Part shown: positions 37,673 through 46,951 of the stretch, in pieces
How positions within the stretch are numbered: the stretch's first letter is position 1
Layout: each line of letters begins with the position of its first letter
Assembly (NCBI GenBank): GCA_964465685.1
Contig: CAYXKK010000002.1
Coordinates: 106,852-170,851 of the forward strand
Reading direction: 5' to 3'
From: an uncultured Melioribacter sp.
Lineage (GTDB): Bacteria > Bacteroidota > Ignavibacteria > Kapaibacteriales > Kapaibacteriaceae
Length of the DNA stretch: 64,000 nt
Program-made: the position numbers and the translations under genes
The notes under the pieces: generated by a model
What the model saw: the letters and a program-made list of their open reading frames with translations, nothing else
Told to the model about the DNA's origin: nothing
Databases searched by the model: none

Positions 37673-38854
37673 TTAGCGAGTTGGTGTTCGTTCGGTGAAT
37701 GCGCGCGCCACACTGCGAGATTCCTCGTCGATGGCAACGATCTGGTCCAATGACGGATGATCGAGGTGTTCCATGTGTTCCAATGTGTGAGCAATTGTGC
37801 GTGGAATGTCGAGGAAGCCGATGCGCTCCTCAAGAAACGCCGCTACAGCAACCTCATTCGCAGCATTGAGCACGGCACCGGCGGATCCACCCGCGCGCAT
37901 TGCATCATATGCCATGCGGAGACACGGGAAGCGCTCCATGTCGGGCGCCTCAAACGTGAGCTGACCAATCTTGGCAAGATCCATGCGCGGAATGTCAAGG
38001 GGCGCACGATGTGGATATGTGAGTGCGTAGTGAATCGGCAGCAACATCGTCGGCAACCCTAGCTGCGCTTTCACCGAACCATCGACAAACTCCACCATCG
38101 AATGAATGATCGATTGCGGATGCACTACAACGTCGATCTCATCGGCCGACATGCCGAACAACCATCGCGCTTCAATCACTTCGAAGCCTTTGTTCATGAG
38201 CGTCGCAGAGTCGATCGTAATCTTCGCACCCATCGTCCAATTCGGGTGACGCAGCGCCATGGCCGGCGTCACATCCTGCATTGCTTCCTTCGTAAACGTG
38301 CGGAAAGGTCCACCCGAAGCTGTAATCACAAGTCGTGCGATGTCGGAACTCCGCTCACCCACAACGCACTGAAGAATTGCACTATGCTCGGAGTCGACAG
38401 CAACGAGTGTTGCGCCGTGTGGCGCAAGCGCAGGCACGAGTACGCTTCCCGCACTAACGAGTGATTCCTTATTCGCCAGGCCAATGATGTGTCCAGCGCG
38501 GATCGCTGCCATCGTTGGCAATACGCCGCTGAATCCAACCATAGCCGAGAGTACAACATCGTTTTCCGCATCGGCTGCTGCTTCACAAATGCCCTCGTCA
38601 CCACAGAGCACGGGGCCTGAAAACTCCGGACATGCATCGCGAAACGCACGCCATGCGGATTCCTCTCGAAGCGCAACGCCATATGGCGCGTGACGTCGAA
38701 CCTGCTCGACGAGGTCCTGCCAGCGAGTGTTGCACGTGATCCATCGTAGGCGAACATCGCCTGGTGTGCGCGAGAGAATATCAAGCGCTTGACTGCCAAT
38801 TGAGCCCGTTGATCCGAGAATCGTAACCGTGCGTTGGTGCGCGTCGTGTGTCAC
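37673..38854 (-). CDS. dxr: 1-deoxy-D-xylulose-5-phosphate reductoisomerase
   Basis: 393 aa. 'VTILGSTGSIGSQALDIL' is the NADPH site and the remainder matches Dxr. The conserved dxr-rseP adjacency is present. Confidence 0.95.
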   Translation of the reverse strand: MTHDAHQRTVTILGSTGSIGSQALDILSRTPGDVRLRWITCNTRWQDLVEQVRRHAPYGVALREESAWRAFRDACPEFSGPVLCGDEGICEAAADAENDVVLSAMVGFSGVLPTMAAIRAGHIIGLANKESLVSAGSVLVPALAPHGATLVAVDSEHSAILQCVVGERSSDIARLVITASGGPFRTFTKEAMQDVTPAMALRHPNWTMGAKITIDSATLMNKGFEVIEARWLFGMSADEIDVVVHPQSIIHSMVEFVDGSVKAQLGLPTMLLPIHYALTYPHRAPLDIPRMDLAKIGQLTFEAPDMERFPCLRMAYDAMRAGGSAGAVLNAANEVAVAAFLEERIGFLDIPRTIAHTLEHMEHLDHPSLDQIVAIDEESRSVARAFTERTPTR

Positions 38855-40446
38855 TGATACTGCCGTGTAATGTCCTTCGTGCCTGATCCGGCATAACAGC
38901 GGAACTCGCCCGCTTCAATGCGCTCATCCTCACGAAGAGTGACAGAGATGAAGTACGATCGCAACCACTTGCGCAGCGTCTGCGCTTTGTTGCGTTCGAT
39001 GTAGTGGATGATGTACGGGTGCGTTGCAATCGTCACACGCATGCCCCATGTCCGAGCTCGATAGTTGCGCAACCACCGGTCAATTGTCGACACTGCACTT
39101 GCTGCGGAGATCACACGACCAGTACCAAGACAGAACGGACATTCTTCACTCGTGCGCTCAGCCATACTCTGGCGAATACGCTGACGTGTGATCTGCATGA
39201 TTCCAAGCTGCGTGATCGGATAGACAATTGTCTTCGCACGATCTCGCGAGAGCTCTCGCTTCATCTCGGCATACAGCTTCCGCCGGTTTTCCTCCTGCTG
39301 CATATCGATGAAGTCGACAAGCACCATGCCACCAATGTCGCGCAACCGAAGCTGCTTTGCGACTTCACGCATGGCTTCAAAGTTGGACTTCACTGCGTTG
39401 GCTTCTTGTGATCCCTGATTTGAAGCACGACCAGAATTGACATCAACCACCACCATTGCTTCGGTATGATCGATAATCAGGTAGCCACCGCTCTGCAGCG
39501 GGACGCGTCGCGAATGCGTCAGGTGTACATCGCGTTCAATGCCGAAGACGTCAAACATCGGACGTGTGTCAGCAAAGAACTCAAGCTTACCATCAAGGTG
39601 CGGCGCAGTGCGTTGCACATAGGCTTTGAGTTCACGGAAGACCTTGCGATCATCGATCACGACCTGATCGACATCGTCCTTGAAGAGATCGCGCAGAACA
39701 CTGTAGGCAACGTTCTCTTCCTGCTTAAGCAGGATTGGCCCCTTCGCATTGCGAATCTCGCCCTCCATCTCACGCCAGTCTTCCAGCAACGTCTCAAAGT
39801 CGCGTCGCACATCATCTGATGGCAGACCCGATGCCGCAGTGCGAATGATACAGCCCATACCCTCGGGAAGGATCTCGCGTGTGAGTGCACGCAAGCGCTT
39901 GCGCTCGCGCACAGATTGGATCTTGCGAGAGATGCCAATGTTTTCTTCAAACGGGAGCAGCACAACATTCCGTCCGGTGAGACCCACCTTCGTTGTGATG
40001 CGGACACCTTTGGATTGGTAGGCTTCTCGCGTTACTTGCACCACGACCATCTGCTTTGCTTGCAGATTGATCGTAATCTGTCCACTACGTTTTGTCGAAA
40101 ACGTTGGGAGCTTCTTGGCTGTTGATGTCTTTGAGGTGCGGAGCGCGACATCTGCCGTATCGACCGATGTTGATCGCGGACGATCGTCATCATCATCGTC
40201 GGTGGCCACATCTTCCATCGTAGAGTCAACATCGCTGAAATGCAGGAACCCGTCCTGTTCCAACCCGATGTCGACAAACGCAGCGTTCATCCCCTGGACG
40301 ATCTTCGTGACGCGACCTAGGTAGATGTTGCCTACATGGTGCTCGGTGTCGGGAGCTTCTGTGAACAGCTCAACAAGTTTCCCATCTTCCGTGATTGCAA
40401 TCCGGAACTGAGAACCCGATGCGTTAATGAGAATTCGACGAACCAT
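38851..40446 (-). CDS. rng: ribonuclease E/G family (RNase G-like) with acidic insertion in the S1 domain
   Basis: An internal ATG gives 'MVRRILINASGSQFRIAITEDGKLVELFTE...GNIYLGRVTKIVQGMNAAFVDIG', the RNase E/G catalytic N-terminal domain. It carries an 'EDVATDDDDDDRPRSTSVDTADV...' insertion and overlaps dxr in ATGA style. Confidence 0.85.
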   Translation of the reverse strand: MVRRILINASGSQFRIAITEDGKLVELFTEAPDTEHHVGNIYLGRVTKIVQGMNAAFVDIGLEQDGFLHFSDVDSTMEDVATDDDDDDRPRSTSVDTADVALRTSKTSTAKKLPTFSTKRSGQITINLQAKQMVVVQVTREAYQSKGVRITTKVGLTGRNVVLLPFEENIGISRKIQSVRERKRLRALTREILPEGMGCIIRTAASGLPSDDVRRDFETLLEDWREMEGEIRNAKGPILLKQEENVAYSVLRDLFKDDVDQVVIDDRKVFRELKAYVQRTAPHLDGKLEFFADTRPMFDVFGIERDVHLTHSRRVPLQSGGYLIIDHTEAMVVVDVNSGRASNQGSQEANAVKSNFEAMREVAKQLRLRDIGGMVLVDFIDMQQEENRRKLYAEMKRELSRDRAKTIVYPITQLGIMQITRQRIRQSMAERTSEECPFCLGTGRVISAASAVSTIDRWLRNYRARTWGMRVTIATHPYIIHYIERNKAQTLRKWLRSYFISVTLREDERIEAGEFRCYAGSGTKDITRQYQ

Positions 40447-40587
40447 GGGAAATAAAAAAGGCCAAGTTGACCGTGGCGCCTTGTACACATGCTGACCGTT
40501 GCTTCCTTCCGGACCTGGCGGGGTTGGGCCTAGTACAATCGCACGGGACTTGGCCGTGAAATTCACATTCGTAGGGTGGCAAAGATA

Positions 40588-41871
40588 CTACGGTTTTTTG
40601 AATTCGGGCACCAGACCTTGCCAGCACTCCCAATAATCATGCTGAAGTTCTCCTGATTCCATCGCAAATGCTGTAGGACGACACACAAATCGCGTCTCGA
40701 ACATGAAGGCCATGGTGTGCTCAATCTTTGTCGGCTTGAGTTCAGCCTTGGTTGCCTTCGCATACGTATCGGCGTCAGGACCGTGTCCGCTCATGCAGTT
40801 GTGGAGTGACGAGCCCCCTGGCACGAATCCCCCGCCCTCCTTAGCATCATACACGCCTTCGATCAAGCCCATGTACTCATTCATGAAGTTGCGGTGGAAC
40901 CATGGCGGACGGAACGTGTTTTCGGCAACCATCCACCGTGGTGGGAAGATCACAAAATCGATGTTGGCCGTGCCCGGTGTGTCGCTCGGCGACGTGAGCA
41001 CCGTATAGATCGACGGATCTGGGTGGTCGAACGTAACCGTGTTGATGCATTGGAACTTACGCAGATCGTACTTGTACGGCGCATAGTTCCCGTGCCATGC
41101 AACCACGTTTAGGGGTGAGTGGTTGTAAACGCCCTTCCAGAGATTCCCTTGGAACTTGGCAATCACATCAACCATCTCGCTGCGCTCTTCGTACCAGGCT
41201 TCCGGGATCAGAAAATCGCGTGGATACGCTAGTCCGTTCGCGCCGATCGGACCAAGATCCGGCAGACGAAACGGGGCTCCGTAGTTCTCGCAGATGTAGC
41301 CACGGACCGGACCGCTGACTTCGACACGGAACTTGATGCCGCGCGGGATCACGCAGATCTCTTGCGGGTCAACATCCACGATGCCCATTTCCGTGAGAAT
41401 GCGCAGCGAGCCAAGCTGCGGAACGATCAACATCTCGCCATCAGCGTTGTAGAAGAATGTCGACGTCATCGACGTATTCGCCGCGTAGACGTGGATTGCC
41501 GAACCCGTATGGGTGGTCAGATCCCCGCTGCCTGCCATTGTTGCGATGCCCTCGATGAACGTCGTTGGCTTCTCTGGGATTGGAAGGGGGCTCCACCGGA
41601 GCTGATTTGGCGTGGTTTCAACCTCGTTGAACGGCGTCGAGCGGATCAAGCCATTATCGATGCGCTCGTATGGACGGTGCACCACCGAAGGGCGAATGCG
41701 GTACATCCACGACCGTTTGTTGGCATTTCGGGGCGCTGTGAAGGCTGTTCCATTGATTTGCTCAACGTACAGACCAAACGCTGGTTGCTGAGGCGAATTC
41801 CGACCATCGGGAAGCGCTCCTGCAATGGCTTCGGTGGCAACATCATTGCCAAATCCACTCATGTAGCCCAT
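40588..41871 (-). CDS. hmgA: homogentisate 1,2-dioxygenase
   Basis: 427 aa; '[28 protein letters not shown]...' is collinear with HGD cupin-fold enzymes. Confidence 0.9.
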   Translation of the reverse strand: MGYMSGFGNDVATEAIAGALPDGRNSPQQPAFGLYVEQINGTAFTAPRNANKRSWMYRIRPSVVHRPYERIDNGLIRSTPFNEVETTPNQLRWSPLPIPEKPTTFIEGIATMAGSGDLTTHTGSAIHVYAANTSMTSTFFYNADGEMLIVPQLGSLRILTEMGIVDVDPQEICVIPRGIKFRVEVSGPVRGYICENYGAPFRLPDLGPIGANGLAYPRDFLIPEAWYEERSEMVDVIAKFQGNLWKGVYNHSPLNVVAWHGNYAPYKYDLRKFQCINTVTFDHPDPSIYTVLTSPSDTPGTANIDFVIFPPRWMVAENTFRPPWFHRNFMNEYMGLIEGVYDAKEGGGFVPGGSSLHNCMSGHGPDADTYAKATKAELKPTKIEHTMAFMFETRFVCRPTAFAMESGELQHDYWECWQGLVPEFKKP

Positions 41872-41903
41872 TGTCGACCTCGGGTGTATGCAGAAAAACT
41901 ACG

Positions 41904-41977
41904 CGCGCCCAGCAGGAATCGAACCTGCGACCCGCAGCTTAGAAGGCTGCTGCTCTATCCAACTGAGCTATGGGCGC
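41904..41977 (-). tRNA. tRNA-Arg (anticodon UCU)
   Basis: The minus-strand sequence GCGCCCA-TA-GCTC-AGTTGGATA-GAGC-A-GCAGC-CTTCTAA-GCTGC-GGGTC-GCAGG-TTCGATT-CCTGC-TGGGCGC-G folds into a 74-nt cloverleaf with a 7-bp acceptor stem and a GGTTCGATTCC T-arm. The anticodon loop is CU-UCU-AA and no CCA is encoded. Confidence 0.85.
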
Positions 41978-42017
41978 CCAGAGGCGAAAGTTACGGAGGA
42001 AGTGTGTTTCGCCTTGC

Positions 42018-42266
42018 CTAACTCGGCACGATCTCAAATGCCGTAAGTGCCTCGTCAATCACGAGGCGGACAGGGCCGTGGGCGGTAGGAATCACAGCCA
42101 AATCGCCAAGACCTTCGCCTGTCAGCGTAGAAGACTCACGTCGGATGTCCGACAGCCATGCGTAGAGCTGCGGCGACACGGCGACCTCGTGCGGCGGAAC
42201 GCCGTGCTGGTCAACATATCGGTCGATGGAGGTCATCAGTTCCTCGAATGCATCGAACCATTCCAT
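42018..42266 (-). CDS. hypothetical small protein (about 83 aa)
   Basis: ORF 42018..42308 with an internal ATG (MEWFDAFEELMTSIDRYVDQHG...) and no recognisable motif. It is kept only because it fills the gap between tRNA-Arg and rpsA and shows no long antisense ORF. Confidence 0.35.
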   Translation of the reverse strand: MEWFDAFEELMTSIDRYVDQHGVPPHEVAVSPQLYAWLSDIRRESSTLTGEGLGDLAVIPTAHGPVRLVIDEALTAFEIVPS

Positions 42267-42463
42267 GTGCGCGTCTTTCGGTGATGTGGTGCTCGTGGTT
42301 AAACACAAAATTCCGTGCCAAAGTTACAGACTGCTGTCCTTGCCAGCAGGAGCCGTAGCTAATGTGATTTTCCCTATCTTTGCCGTTCTCGATTGACCCG
42401 ATCTTTTGTTGAACTATCCCCACTGGTTCACGCGCAACGCAAGGGTCACGTTGTCGCTGGGAC

Positions 42464-42469
42464 AAGGAG
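42464..42469 (+). promoter_or_regulatory. Shine-Dalgarno AAGGAG for rpsA
   Basis: AAGGAG lies 8 nt upstream of the rpsA ATG at 42478. Confidence 0.5.
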
Positions 42470-42477
42470 TTTTTTGT

Positions 42478-44322
42478 ATGTCGGAACAGACACCCGAAGC
42501 AACAAAGGACGTCACCATGGAGACCGTCGCAGCTGCTTCGGCACAACCATCGGTAGCGCCTGAACTTTCTGCTAAGCGCTCGGCAATCGCAGCTCTGTTG
42601 AGCGGCGAACTCGACGGCTCAGCAATGAACGACGATGCATTTTTGCAGTTGTTTGACACAAAGGTCTCAACGCTCAAGGCAGACGACATGGTGCACGGCA
42701 CTGTGGTGTCGGTCACAAAGGACGAGATCTTGGTAGACATTGGATTCAAGTCGCTCGGCGTCGTGCCACGCGCTGAATTTGTTGGAGCAGAACTGCTCGC
42801 TCCAGGCGAAGTGGTTGACGTGTTTGTTGAGAAGATCGAGGACGGCGAAGGCCGCCTGATGCTCAGCCGCCGTCGCGCTGACTTCATGAAGACATGGGAA
42901 GAAATTCTCAAGCTGGCAGAAACACAGACAGTCACACAGGTTCGCATCCTTCGTCGCATCAAGGGCGGTATGGTTGTCGACCTACTCGGTATCGAAGCCT
43001 TCCTCCCAGGTTCGCAGATCGACGTCCGCCCAGTGCGTGACTTCGACGCGTGGGTTGGTCGCACGATCGACGTCCGCGTTGTGAAGGTCAATCATCCAAG
43101 CGAGAACGTTGTTGTATCGCACAAGGTGCTTCTCGAAGAGCAGCTCCAAGAGCAGCGCGGCAAGATTCTCGAGATGCTCGAGAAGGGTCTCGTGCTCGAA
43201 GGTACTGTCAAGGCCATTTCCGACTTCGGCGTGTTCGTCGATCTTGGTGGCGTCGACGGTCTCGTCCACATCACAGACCTTTCATGGGGTCGCGTTGCAC
43301 ACCCAAGCGAAATCGTCACCCTCGACCAGCAAGTCAAGGTCGTTGTTCTCGATTTCGACGAAAACCGCAAGCGTATTTCGTTGGGTATGAAGCAGCTGAC
43401 ATCACACCCATGGGATCAGATTGGCGAGAAGTACGAGCCAGGAACAAAGGTTCGCGGCAAGGTTGTCTCGCTCACAGACTACGGCGCATTCATCGAGATC
43501 GAAAAGGGTGTCGAAGGTCTGATCCACATCAGCGAAATGTCATGGACACAGCACGTCAAGCACCCATCACAAGTGGTGTCGCTCGGCCAAATGGTCGACG
43601 CAGTTGTGCTGAACATCGACAAGGGTGAGCGCAAGCTTGCTCTTGGCATGAAGCAGCTCGAGCCGGATCCATGGAACGACCTCATGGCCAAGTATCCTAT
43701 CGGATCGGTTCACAAGGGTGCGGTGCGCAACCTCACAAACTTTGGCGTGTTCATCGAACTCGAGCCAGGCGTTGATGGTCTCGTGCACATCTCTGACCTC
43801 TCATGGACGAAGAAGATCCGTCATCCGGGTGAATTCGTGAAGAAGGGCGATGAAATCGACGTCGTTGTACTCGCCGTTGATAACGAGCACCGCCGTATCT
43901 CCCTTGGTCACAAGCAAATCAGCGAAAACCCATGGGACATCTTCGAAGGTGAGTTCGGCGTTGGTACAGAAACAGAAGGCAAGATCGTTCGCCTGATCGA
44001 CAAGGGCGTGATCGTCGAAATGCCACAAGGTGTCGATGGCTTCGTTCCAGTATCTCAGCTGTCATTCGCACCAGTTCGCAACATCGCAGACTTCTTCAAT
44101 GTCGGCGACAACCTTCCGCTCAAGGTTGTTGAGTTCGACAAGGAACAGAAGAAGATTGTTCTCTCGGTAGTTGAGTACCTCCGCGGTCGCTCAGCTGAAG
44201 AGGTTGCGACATACAACGTAAACCACCCAGTGCCGAACGCTGACAAGTACAATGCAGATGGTTCAGCGTCGGCAGCAACAACGATCGAAGACCTTGAGGA
44301 TAGCGAGCCAATCGCTGAGTAA
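42478..44322 (+). CDS. rpsA: 30S ribosomal protein S1
   Basis: An internal ATG gives a 614-aa protein with six consecutive S1 domains (e.g. 'VHGTVVSVTKDEILVDIG', 'LEGTVKAISDFGVFVDLGGVDGLVHITD'). Confidence 0.95.
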   Translation: MSEQTPEATKDVTMETVAAASAQPSVAPELSAKRSAIAALLSGELDGSAMNDDAFLQLFDTKVSTLKADDMVHGTVVSVTKDEILVDIGFKSLGVVPRAEFVGAELLAPGEVVDVFVEKIEDGEGRLMLSRRRADFMKTWEEILKLAETQTVTQVRILRRIKGGMVVDLLGIEAFLPGSQIDVRPVRDFDAWVGRTIDVRVVKVNHPSENVVVSHKVLLEEQLQEQRGKILEMLEKGLVLEGTVKAISDFGVFVDLGGVDGLVHITDLSWGRVAHPSEIVTLDQQVKVVVLDFDENRKRISLGMKQLTSHPWDQIGEKYEPGTKVRGKVVSLTDYGAFIEIEKGVEGLIHISEMSWTQHVKHPSQVVSLGQMVDAVVLNIDKGERKLALGMKQLEPDPWNDLMAKYPIGSVHKGAVRNLTNFGVFIELEPGVDGLVHISDLSWTKKIRHPGEFVKKGDEIDVVVLAVDNEHRRISLGHKQISENPWDIFEGEFGVGTETEGKIVRLIDKGVIVEMPQGVDGFVPVSQLSFAPVRNIADFFNVGDNLPLKVVEFDKEQKKIVLSVVEYLRGRSAEEVATYNVNHPVPNADKYNADGSASAATTIEDLEDSEPIAE

Positions 44323-44348
44323 TCCTCTCCGCTCTTGCACATGATCTC

Positions 44349-44380
44349 AACGGCCCGCTTCGGCGGGCCGTTGTCGTTTC
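44349..44380 (+). terminator. rho-independent terminator after rpsA
   Basis: 8-bp GC-rich stem CGGCCCGC-TTCG-GCGGGCCG followed by TTGTCGTTTCT, located 27 nt after the rpsA stop. Confidence 0.6.
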
Positions 44381-44401
44381 TACCCCTCGTAAATTGCACG
44401 C

Positions 44402-45703
44402 ATGAATCTTGACGCAATTCTCGACGAACTGTTCGCGATGACGTTTCACGCCGGCATCAAACCTGGCTTAGAGCGTATCACAACGTTGTGCGGGTCTGTG
44501 GGTGACCCACAGGCTCATCTTCCTGTAATCCACGTTGCCGGAACCAACGGTAAGGGCTCGACGTGCTCGATGCTTGCTTCGATCTTCACAACGGCTGGAT
44601 ATAGAACTGGACTCTACACATCGCCCCACATTCGACATTTCCGCGAGCGCATACGCATCGACGGAGTGCCGATTACCGATGAAGAGATTGCCCGCTATGC
44701 AGTTCCTCTGATGAACAGCGCTCGTGAGATCGGCGGCACATTCTTCGAAGTCACCACCGCGATGGCATTGCAGTACTTCGCGGATCGACGTGTGGACGTT
44801 GTGGTGCTTGAGACTGGACTTGGCGGACGCTTAGATGCAACGAACATCGTGCATCCACTGCTGTCGGTAATCACGCAGATCGACATGGATCACATGGAAT
44901 ATCTCGGTACTACGCTTCCAGCAATCGCAGGTGAGAAGGCAGGAATCATCAAACCAGAGACACCAGTAGTGGTCGGCCATCACGGCGCCGACGTGCGGTC
45001 GGTGTTCGAACGCAAGGCCGAGCGCGAGCGTGCACCAATCGTCTTTGCAGACGATGTCGTTGATGTGCAATGCGATCGCATTCTTCCCGACCTTACCATG
45101 TCGGTCGCTGTTACTTCCACTGACGATCTACGGTATCTCCTGACAGATCTTGCAGGTGTCCATCAAACGCGCAACATCGCCACAGTACTCACAGCGCTGC
45201 CCTATCTCCGCACCACGTATTCGATCGACGATGTACACGTTGAGCAGGGGCTACGTCGCGTGCGGGCAATGACTGGACTGGCCGCACGGTGCGAGCTTAT
45301 GCAGACTGCTCCTCCTGTGATCCACGATGTATCGCACAACCCAGGTGGACTGCGTGCGTTAGCCGAAACACTACGAGCTGCTGGCTATGCCGACAATTCG
45401 TTCGACGTTGTGTTCGGCGCAATGTCGGATAAAGATGTCGACGGCATGCTGCGCGAGCTCCTCCCGATCACACGCACGTTGTACTGCTGCTCGCCTCATA
45501 TCCCCCGCAGTATGCCTGTCGATGAGCTTGTTGCACGCGCACGTGCTGTTGGTTACACATCAATCGTTGCATCGGCAAGTGTAGTTGAATCGTACCAATG
45601 CGCTCAAACGAACGAAGCTCCCACAGTTGCCTGCGGGAGCTTCCACGTGATCGATGAAGTTCGTGCGTTATCCGAGCAGGAGCGCAACGATAAACAGGAT
45701 TGA
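44402..45703 (+). CDS. folC: bifunctional folylpolyglutamate synthase / dihydrofolate synthase
   Basis: 433 aa; 'VIHVAGTNGKGSTCSMLASI' is the Mur-ligase P-loop and the remainder is collinear with FolC. Confidence 0.9.
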   Translation: MNLDAILDELFAMTFHAGIKPGLERITTLCGSVGDPQAHLPVIHVAGTNGKGSTCSMLASIFTTAGYRTGLYTSPHIRHFRERIRIDGVPITDEEIARYAVPLMNSAREIGGTFFEVTTAMALQYFADRRVDVVVLETGLGGRLDATNIVHPLLSVITQIDMDHMEYLGTTLPAIAGEKAGIIKPETPVVVGHHGADVRSVFERKAERERAPIVFADDVVDVQCDRILPDLTMSVAVTSTDDLRYLLTDLAGVHQTRNIATVLTALPYLRTTYSIDDVHVEQGLRRVRAMTGLAARCELMQTAPPVIHDVSHNPGGLRALAETLRAAGYADNSFDVVFGAMSDKDVDGMLRELLPITRTLYCCSPHIPRSMPVDELVARARAVGYTSIVASASVVESYQCAQTNEAPTVACGSFHVIDEVRALSEQERNDKQD

Positions 45704-46951
45704 GAAGCCGATCTGGAATTGAATGGTTGCAACGTTGCCCTTGACGAGCGTACGCGCATAAAGATGCTTGCGCATATACGACACGATCCACGCGGCAAAG
45801 AGCGTAGTAATGCCAGCAACACCGTAGAGATACGGATTGTTGAGTACCGTACCCAAATACGCCGTTACGCCTATCGCACCACCGATGAAGAGCATATAGA
45901 ACCACACGGCTGAGCGATAACCGAACGTGACAACCAAATGCGCCTTGCCCGTAGCTGCATCGCCTTCGGTGTCGGGGATCTGATTGATCAACAGAATGTT
46001 GGATGTGAGCAGACCTGCAGGAATGCCGACGAGGAATGCCATCGTTGCAAACGACGACCACAGCTCTGGCGCTGTCGAGGCCGTTGCAACGTAGAACACG
46101 CCTAGTGTGATCAGTGGACCGAAGGCAAGTCCAATCACAATCTCACCCAAGCCGTGACGCGCAACAAGGCGAAGCGGCGGTGCGGTGTAGAAGTAGCCAA
46201 GTGCAAGTCCCGCAAAACCGATTGCAAGCACGCCCGTGCCTACCGCATACGTCAGGTACACACCGATCAGGAACGCAAACAGCGCAAGCGTATTCGCTAC
46301 ACGGAGTGTTCCCTTGAGATCAATCAATCCCAGGAAGATCGATCGCGAGCCACCCGAGTACTGTGTGAAGTACTTGGTGTTCGCTTGGTCTGTGCCACTC
46401 TTGTAATCGAAGTAGTCATTGTAGACGTTGCTGGCGAGGTGAAGGAGTGCAACACCAAAGCACGCCAAGACCACATTGAGAACATTCACGCTGTGATCAA
46501 GCACACCTGCAACGTAGGCAAGCGCGATAAAACACGGCGTGAGTGCCGCTGTGAGGAACGGCGCACGCGTTACGACCAGCCACTTCACAAACTTGGTTGA
46601 TCCCTTGATCGGGACATCAACCGTGCTATCGAGCTCCTCGGTGACTCCGCAGAAGCCAATCTGCACGCCGTTCTTAAAGGTCGGCGTGATGCGGATCTGT
46701 GCGCCGAACAGTTCGCCGTTCTTGCGACGGAAATTTGTTTGACCAACCCACTCGCCTTCTTTCACTGCGGTAGCGAGCCAGCCACCGAGGTTTTGCAAGA
46801 CGATTTCGCCCGGCGAGAAATCACTCACACGCACCTTGCCAATCGTTTCTTCGCGTGAGTATCCGAACATCACTTGCGCCCCGTCGCTGAAGGTCTCAAC
46901 GATGCCTTCCATGTCGCAGGTGATCACAGACTTATCAAGTGCTGTTGCCAC
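45668..46951 (-). CDS. PAS domain fused to UbiA-superfamily prenyltransferase (MenA/DHNA-prenyltransferase-like)
   Basis: 427-aa ORF with a GTG start. Residues 1-~120 form a PAS fold ('SVITCDMEGIVETFSDGAQVMFGYSREETIGKV...GEWVGQTNFRRKNGELFGAQIRITP...NGVQIGFCGV'). The rest is an 8-9 TM UbiA core with the Asp-rich 'NVYNDYFDYKSGTD' motif and second motif 'NQIPDTEGDAATGK'. Confidence 0.8.
   Translation of the reverse strand: MATALDKSVITCDMEGIVETFSDGAQVMFGYSREETIGKVRVSDFSPGEIVLQNLGGWLATAVKEGEWVGQTNFRRKNGELFGAQIRITPTFKNGVQIGFCGVTEELDSTVDVPIKGSTKFVKWLVVTRAPFLTAALTPCFIALAYVAGVLDHSVNVLNVVLACFGVALLHLASNVYNDYFDYKSGTDQANTKYFTQYSGGSRSIFLGLIDLKGTLRVANTLALFAFLIGVYLTYAVGTGVLAIGFAGLALGYFYTAPPLRLVARHGLGEIVIGLAFGPLITLGVFYVATASTAPELWSSFATMAFLVGIPAGLLTSNILLINQIPDTEGDAATGKAHLVVTFGYRSAVWFYMLFIGGAIGVTAYLGTVLNNPYLYGVAGITTLFAAWIVSYMRKHLYARTLVKGNVATIQFQIGFSILFIVALLLG

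Noticed and set aside
42309-42477. Possible SRP (4.5S) RNA or other small RNA in the largest intergenic gap
   Set aside because: There is no match to the SRP domain-IV consensus. The region is better explained as the rpsA promoter and leader.
43050-43628. 192-aa plus-strand alternate-frame ORF inside rpsA
   Set aside because: It is an Arg-rich out-of-frame translation of the S1-domain repeats.
45468-46061. 197-aa minus-strand ORF overlapping the folC 3' end and the UbiA gene in another frame
   Set aside because: The out-of-frame overlap has a Cys/Arg-rich nonsense composition. The PAS-UbiA frame explains the region.
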